This document shows, piece after piece, positions 58,805 through 64,000 of a stretch of DNA of 64,000 bases. The stretch is from Candidatus Pacearchaeota archaeon UBA92 (lineage in GTDB: Archaea > Nanobdellota > Nanobdellia > Pacearchaeales > GW2011-AR1): assembly GCA_002497285.1 (NCBI GenBank), contig DANJ01000011.1:3091-67090 (forward strand). The letters are read 5' to 3'. The position numbers were made by a program, and so were the translations under genes. The notes under the pieces are model-generated. The model saw only the letters and a list, made by a program, of their open reading frames with translations. It was not told the DNA's origin and searched no databases. How positions within the stretch are numbered: the first letter of the stretch is position 1; each line of letters begins with the position of its first letter.

Positions 58805-61800
58805 CTATTTCATCCTAAGGCGAATAATCTCTTTGGACTTGCTCGCCGTTCTCGCATAATGCCTTTGCACAAACCTCAGCACGAAGAAAAGAAGAGCGAG
58901 AGCAATAATAATCAAGCCGAGAAAAGAAATAATTCTTAAATTATCGCCGGAAATAGCAAATCCAGTAATCCCTCTTTCAGACAAAAGAACACTCTGCTCC
59001 AGCTTAATGCTTTCTTTTCCATTAGATCCAATCAAAATCAAATCAAACTCGCCTACAGAATTCTTTGGAAGAAGAATATTAAGTTCATGCTCCTCTTTTA
59101 CCCCATCACTGAGAGTTATAATTTCAGACCCTTTGCCTACATTAATCCCATTTGGATTAACTAACTCATAACTGACCTCGACATCCTGATTAGAACCGCT
59201 AAAATCTTCTAACGAATATCTAACATTTAACTCAGTTCCTTCTCTAATAGCACTCAAGAAAACAAAATCAAAATCCGAGGGCATAACTATCAGACTAAGC
59301 GAAGTAATTCCGCTTACCTCATTGCACTCTACAATAATGTTAGATGAATATTGTCCCGCTTTTGTATTTTTAGGAACATTCAAGGCAAATACAAACTCTG
59401 TTCTTTGTCCAGAACTTAAAGATTCAACCTGCTCACTAGATATCCAATTGCTGATCGCCCCGAAAGAACTTAGCTTACAGCTATTCAAAAATCTCTGCCC
59501 CGAATTCAGAACATTAACCGTAACTAAATCACTCTCTCCTTTTTTTAATCTCAATTCAGGAATACTGGACAAAGTCAACTCTCCAATCCCTTCAATAGCA
59601 GGCACACTGCTTCCTCCAGAACTTCCGCCTCCGCTACCTCCGGAGTTTCCGCCAGAATTTCCACTTCCTCCGCTAGAGCTAGTTACACCAAATGTGCTCG
59701 TAGAATGTCCTATATTGCCTGCGGCATCGCCTGCATCGACATTTAAATTATAAGTGCCGCTATTTGGAATATTAGCATTCACAACTATGACTACATTATC
59801 ACATCTGACACCAGTATTATTCACTACAACAGCCTCTCCAGTGCTAGTCACAGTAATATTATATGTGCAAGTAGTAGGGCTAGAATCATTTACTGTATAG
59901 TTCAAAGAAATATCTCCTGTAGTAAAGTCAGATCCGACATCAATAGTTACATTTGGAGGAGTAAAATCAGAAATTAAACTTCTATTTCCGCTTATAACCT
60001 CTCCCTGAGAATCAACGCATCCAATGGCCCAGATATAATTTCCTTCAGCTAAATTCAAACTAAATGTATTTTCTATTCCTGAAGTCACACCATCCGTCTG
60101 ATTTAATAAATAACTCCCGTTAAAGTCACCATAAAGACTGCAATTAATTAAACTATCGGAAGTAGGAATATATGCAAAATTGACATTGCTCAGATTCGTA
60201 TAATTATTATTCTTTGGACTTAACAAGTGAATTGTCGCTTTTCCAGAATTGACATAGAATACCAAATCATCTCTGCCAATTTCTCCAGAAATTGTTTCAT
60301 TCGCATAAACGCTCAAGTTATAAATTCCATCTCCAGAAACACTAAAAGTGGTGTTAACGCAATTCAAAATGCTTGTATTAATGTTCCCATTATCCGTCGT
60401 ATACCAACAACTATGGAGGTTATCTGAAACCACGGAAAAGTTCAAAGCAATTGCCGTGAAATTATAGGTGGAAGAATGAGATGGATAAAGAATACTAACA
60501 TTAGGACTTACTCCGATACTTCCGCTTAAATTAACGCTAAATGTAACTGCCAAACTATTTTTATTCCCAACGCTATCGTTAATCCAAATCATCCATGTGT
60601 TGCTTCCCTCACTTGCTATTGGCGTTACATTTTGTCCGCAGACAACACTGGCATTTGTCAATCCTAAATTCAAGGAATACCAGCATGAATCAGGATTCAA
60701 TTCAACAAACGTGTAATTCAAATTAATATTGGAATAATTATAAGTAACATTTAATGGCGAAGTAATTGTTATTTCAGGATATACAGAGTCAACAAAGAAT
60801 GTAACATTTGCGCGTCCAATATTTCCAAGGATATCGCTAGCGTAAACAAAGATGGTAGAGGAACCTTGAGAAGCAGTATAGGTGACATTTTGTCCGCAGA
60901 CAACACTGGCATTTGTCAATCCTTCATTATCACTCCGCCAACAGCTATCCAAATTAGCATCCGAAGCAGAATAATTAATTTCTAAAGAATTAGTGTTATA
61001 AGATAAATTTTGTGGCTCAACGATACTAACTACGGGAGAAATACCATCAACATCGAAGGTAATTGTGCTGGAATTGACATTATTGCTTGTGTCATTTGCC
61101 CAGATTTTCCAAGTGCTGTTGCCTTGTCCGGAATTCAAGCCAGTAACATTTTGTCCGCAGACAACACTGGCATTTGTCAATCCTAAATTCAAGGAATACC
61201 AGCAACTGCTCAAAGCAGTTTCGTCAGATGCCGTATAATTTAGTTCCGTCTGGATAAAGTTGTAAGTCGTATTTTGAGGATAAACCATCCTGACTGATGG
61301 AAGTGTTGTGTCTAGTATCTGTCCAACCCCAACGAAAAAATCAACGCTTGTAGAATTAGCATTTCCAAGAGTATCATTAGCATAAACCACAAGAGAATGA
61401 GACCCGTATGCAAGAGATTTATGGATTTCGATATCATCGAAATAAGCAGTATGGGTATTTGTATCATCAAAAGCAATTACCGCAAAACCACTATAATTTA
61501 AAGAATTGTCGAGCACACTTAATGCCAACTGTCCATCTACATATGCAGAAATATTCGTTCCAATTACACTAAACCCAAGAGTATGCCACTCGCCCTTGCT
61601 TACATAAACTGGTGCAGGCAAATCCCCTGTCCAAAGAGCACCAAGATTCGTCCAGGTTCCATTTACGACCTTATTTATATTGATAGAACTGAAATCATAA
61701 TCGAGTACAATTTCATATTTATTATTAACATCGTTAAATCTTGGAGTCAGATAAGCGCCTCCGAATGAATTAACCGGTACCATTACCTTTGCAGAACCAT

Positions 61801-62818
61801 GATAATCGGTGGCATTAAAATTAGTAATATATGAAAGAGCATCATCAATTGGTGTTTCATTAAATAATTTGTAAACTCCATCCACGACATTAGCCGTACC
61901 AAAACCGGAAGGATTTGTCCAAATTGGAGTTCCATTAGAGTTATTTTGATAATTCTGAAAATCATCGGCAAAAATCAAATCAAGTTTTCCAAAATCAATG
62001 GTTCCATTTTTGTGAGAATAAGTAATATTAGGTTTGTCATCAAGAGATATTAAAATACCATTAATATTTGGCTCAATAACCGTAACATTCAAATTAGGTG
62101 TAGGAGTATTAAGAGTTAAATTTTGTGGTGAATTGATAGTCAACAGGGGAGCGGTCGTGTCTGAAGTAATAATATCTCCCATTATGCTGACATTATCCAT
62201 CCTGCAAAATTCAGAAACGGCGCCTGCAGTGCATTCAAACCTAATGGTGATATTTAAATCATTATTAGCAGTCAAACCGAAACTTTTGGAAACATAGGAG
62301 GCATCATCTGCAGAATTCCCCAACGTCTCTTCCAAAACTACAAAAGAGGTGTTACTTGTTTTATATTTTACTTTAAACTCATCTGCAGTATCTAATCCAA
62401 TCAATCTCCTATGATAATTAAAAACAATGGTAGCATACCCTATAGTGCTAATATTTCTTTCAATTACTGACGCAGGCTCGGATGTTGATGATGGATTAGA
62501 CTGCGCATGACTAAGTCCTTCGTAAGGATTAACTTGTGAAACCGTCCAATTATTAGCTCTCCCTGAACTTATCAACTGCCAACCATTCAAATTTCCATCT
62601 TCGAAATCATCTGAAAAAATAGTCACAGCACTAACATTGGAGAACAAAAAGATAGCCATAATAAATAGTAGAGACCACTTAAAACCGCCATTCTTTAATA
62701 TCTCCCTCATAACCAATTCAATCTTCTTTGAAAGAATAAGAGCATTATTATCACAATATTTTTGAAATCCTTTGTAAACCTTAGAGTCTATGCTAAAGGT
62801 CACCTTCTTTTTAGTCAT
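58805..62818 (-). CDS. giant (1337 aa) modular cell-surface protein with RHH-like cytoplasmic N-terminus
   Basis: The N-terminal KKVTFSIDSKVYKGFQKYCDNNALILSKKIELVMREIL is followed by a TM, then a MAM-like jelly-roll module and a ConA/LamG-like module. Four ~87-aa Ig-like repeats contain SCW.S.N.GLTNASVVCGQNVT. These are followed by a Gly/Ser linker, the anchor cassette, and a C-terminal TM. Confidence 0.85.
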   Translation of the reverse strand: MTKKKVTFSIDSKVYKGFQKYCDNNALILSKKIELVMREILKNGGFKWSLLFIMAIFLFSNVSAVTIFSDDFEDGNLNGWQLISSGRANNWTVSQVNPYEGLSHAQSNPSSTSEPASVIERNISTIGYATIVFNYHRRLIGLDTADEFKVKYKTSNTSFVVLEETLGNSADDASYVSKSFGLTANNDLNITIRFECTAGAVSEFCRMDNVSIMGDIITSDTTAPLLTINSPQNLTLNTPTPNLNVTVIEPNINGILISLDDKPNITYSHKNGTIDFGKLDLIFADDFQNYQNNSNGTPIWTNPSGFGTANVVDGVYKLFNETPIDDALSYITNFNATDYHGSAKVMVPVNSFGGAYLTPRFNDVNNKYEIVLDYDFSSININKVVNGTWTNLGALWTGDLPAPVYVSKGEWHTLGFSVIGTNISAYVDGQLALSVLDNSLNYSGFAVIAFDDTNTHTAYFDDIEIHKSLAYGSHSLVVYANDTLGNANSTSVDFFVGVGQILDTTLPSVRMVYPQNTTYNFIQTELNYTASDETALSSCWYSLNLGLTNASVVCGQNVTGLNSGQGNSTWKIWANDTSNNVNSSTITFDVDGISPVVSIVEPQNLSYNTNSLEINYSASDANLDSCWRSDNEGLTNASVVCGQNVTYTASQGSSTIFVYASDILGNIGRANVTFFVDSVYPEITITSPLNVTYNYSNINLNYTFVELNPDSCWYSLNLGLTNASVVCGQNVTPIASEGSNTWMIWINDSVGNKNSLAVTFSVNLSGSIGVSPNVSILYPSHSSTYNFTAIALNFSVVSDNLHSCWYTTDNGNINTSILNCVNTTFSVSGDGIYNLSVYANETISGEIGRDDLVFYVNSGKATIHLLSPKNNNYTNLSNVNFAYIPTSDSLINCSLYGDFNGSYLLNQTDGVTSGIENTFSLNLAEGNYIWAIGCVDSQGEVISGNRSLISDFTPPNVTIDVGSDFTTGDISLNYTVNDSSPTTCTYNITVTSTGEAVVVNNTGVRCDNVVIVVNANIPNSGTYNLNVDAGDAAGNIGHSTSTFGVTSSSGGSGNSGGNSGGSGGGSSGGSSVPAIEGIGELTLSSIPELRLKKGESDLVTVNVLNSGQRFLNSCKLSSFGAISNWISSEQVESLSSGQRTEFVFALNVPKNTKAGQYSSNIIVECNEVSGITSLSLIVMPSDFDFVFLSAIREGTELNVRYSLEDFSGSNQDVEVSYELVNPNGINVGKGSEIITLSDGVKEEHELNILLPKNSVGEFDLILIGSNGKESIKLEQSVLLSERGITGFAISGDNLRIISFLGLIIIALALLFFVLRFVQRHYARTASKSKEIIRLRMK
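60628..61204. repeat. intragenic ~260-bp module repeats with long exact cores
   Basis: A 59-nt exact repeat, acattttgtccgcagacaacactggcatttgtcaatcctaaattcaaggaataccagca, occurs at 60628-60686 and 61146-61204. A 39-nt partial copy is at 60885-60923. Confidence 0.85.
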
Positions 62819-62840
62819 TAATCAAAGAGAAAAAGAGAAT

Positions 62841-62848
62841 TTATAAAC
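62841..62848 (-). promoter_or_regulatory. putative TATA box (TTTATAA) for the 1337-aa gene
   Basis: Centred ~27 nt upstream of the ATG at 62818, which supports use of the RHH-encoding start. Confidence 0.4.
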
Positions 62849-62860
62849 ATTTGTTTCCTA

Positions 62861-62910
62861 CATAAATTTACATATTTATACATATAAATACAGGAATATA
62901 CAGAAAAATA
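62861..62910. repeat. five tandem 10-bp phased units (CA-N8, A/T-rich)
   Basis: cataaattta catatttata catataaata caggaatata cagaaaaata. Confidence 0.6.
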
Positions 62911-62936
62911 AATACTAAAAAAAATAAGGAAATCAA

Positions 62937-64000
62937 TTATTGCGCAGTTATTCTAACATTGTCTACACTACAGCTTTCAGAAACGGCCCCGACTTCACAC
63001 TTAAACCTTATTTTGCTAGCTATTGCTGGAATCGGATAACTTTTGAAAACATAAGAAGCATCATTAGCACTCCCACTTCCTAAATGTTCTAAGCTAACCC
63101 AAGCTCCATTGAAATAACTAACTTCGAAATCGTCTGCAGTATCTAATCCGACAAGCTTTCTTCTATATTCAAAAGTAACCTCTGAATAACCTGAAACATC
63201 TATAGATTTTTCCATGAAACTATCCTCTCCTGCTCCAGTTTGCTTGGCTCTCGCACTCCAAACGCCCTCAAAACTATCTCCGCTAAATGAATTCCAAGGA
63301 ACTCCTGTTCCATATAAATACCAATTAGACAAAGATCCCGACTCGAATCCGTCAAAGAAAACTTCAACATTAATCAAATCAGTTTCATCATTGTCAGAAG
63401 GACTTGCACAACCAGGATCAACCATATCTATTAGATTGTCTCCATCATTGTCAATTCCATCAGCACATTGTTTAGGTTGTACGAATGGAGGAACATAGAA
63501 ATTAGTTCCTGCAACACCATTTACTGAATTTGCAAACCATTTGTAGTTTTCAATTCTCTGTTCTGTAGTTAATCCAGAAATCCCATCATTCTCATAAGCC
63601 TCTGCATGTACGCTCATCAAAAGCATTTTATTATACTTAATAGATGCGGGCAAATTGCCTGGAATATCTGAGAAACTCATCAGTTTTTCTCCTAAAATAT
63701 CTGAAGGAGTATCTCTCCAACCTCTTGTAGGTCCGCCATAGTAAATCATTTCGTGCCCATTATCCATGGTTGTAAGCGCATATCCTGGATTTCCATCATA
63801 GTCAGCTATATCAGTTATAGAACCTTCAAGAATAGGATACCTTCCTAACAAATCTGGCCAATTATAATATTGACCTTGCCAGTAATAATCGCCTGCCATG
63901 TAAAAGAAACCAGCACAAATTCCAACATAACTTCCACCATCACGATCTATAAAATCCAAGATGTTTGTCTTGCCTGCACTTCCAAGAGACCTCTGCATAT
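62937..64000 (-). CDS. secreted protein, N-terminus probably beyond right edge: GATase1/BPL_N-like domain + Cys/Asp-rich metal-binding-like motif + MAM-like module
   Basis: GGSYVGICAGFFYMAG, CADGIDNDGDNLIDMVDPGC, and a C-terminal ~150 aa collinear with the N-terminal module of the 1337-aa protein (YRRKLVGLDTADDFEVSY vs YHRRLIGLDTADEFKVKY). Confidence 0.6.
   Translation of the reverse strand, partial: MQRSLGSAGKTNILDFIDRDGGSYVGICAGFFYMAGDYYWQGQYYNWPDLLGRYPILEGSITDIADYDGNPGYALTTMDNGHEMIYYGGPTRGWRDTPSDILGEKLMSFSDIPGNLPASIKYNKMLLMSVHAEAYENDGISGLTTEQRIENYKWFANSVNGVAGTNFYVPPFVQPKQCADGIDNDGDNLIDMVDPGCASPSDNDETDLINVEVFFDGFESGSLSNWYLYGTGVPWNSFSGDSFEGVWSARAKQTGAGEDSFMEKSIDVSGYSEVTFEYRRKLVGLDTADDFEVSYFNGAWVSLEHLGSGSANDASYVFKSYPIPAIASKIRFKCEVGAVSESCSVDNVRITAQ

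Overview
This is an AT-rich, tightly packed archaeal chromosome segment. All calls come from reading the ORF translations and the DNA by eye; no searches or computations were run, and sub-feature coordinates are hand-indexed. Archaeal information-processing genes are unambiguous: TBP, TFE-alpha, Rpo11/L, Alba, eS17, EndA, RadB, ATP-dependent DNA ligase, ScpB and an NreA-like protein. TTTAAATA/TTTATAAA boxes sit about 26 nt upstream of many start codons and tRNA 5' ends, which implies mostly leaderless transcripts. The reduced-genome (DPANN-like) flavour comes from two giant surface proteins (2810 aa and 1337 aa), many small membrane proteins, and bacterial-type LeuRS and AlaRS. There are three tRNAs: Met-CAT, Cys-GCA and Arg-TCT. 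Main findings: (1) A 12.4-kb, visibly lower-GC unit transposon spans 31390-43828. It has perfect 17-bp terminal inverted repeats and a 9-bp target duplication, and it sits exactly at the uppP stop codon. It carries a SWIM+DDE transposase plus a small-molecule pathway-like cargo: a split PEP-synthase/rifampicin-phosphotransferase-like dikinase, a beta-RFAP-synthase-like GHMP enzyme, an orphan TrpF, a PLP decarboxylase, a PaaK/CapK-like ligase, an SDR fusion, a CN-hydrolase, a methyltransferase broken by one in-frame TGA, and an LMW-PTP-like protein. (2) The LeuRS carries a ~190-aa YdeN/RBBP9-like serine-hydrolase domain inserted at the entrance of the CP1 editing domain, and a free-standing paralog lies immediately upstream, translationally coupled. 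(3) An acylphosphatase-UppS fusion. (4) The giant modular surface proteins share a C-terminal anchor cassette and a MAM-like module, and have odd cytoplasmic N-termini: a beta-hairpin-like motif also appended to GlyRS, and an RHH-like domain. (5) A duplicated tRNA-Met 3' end.
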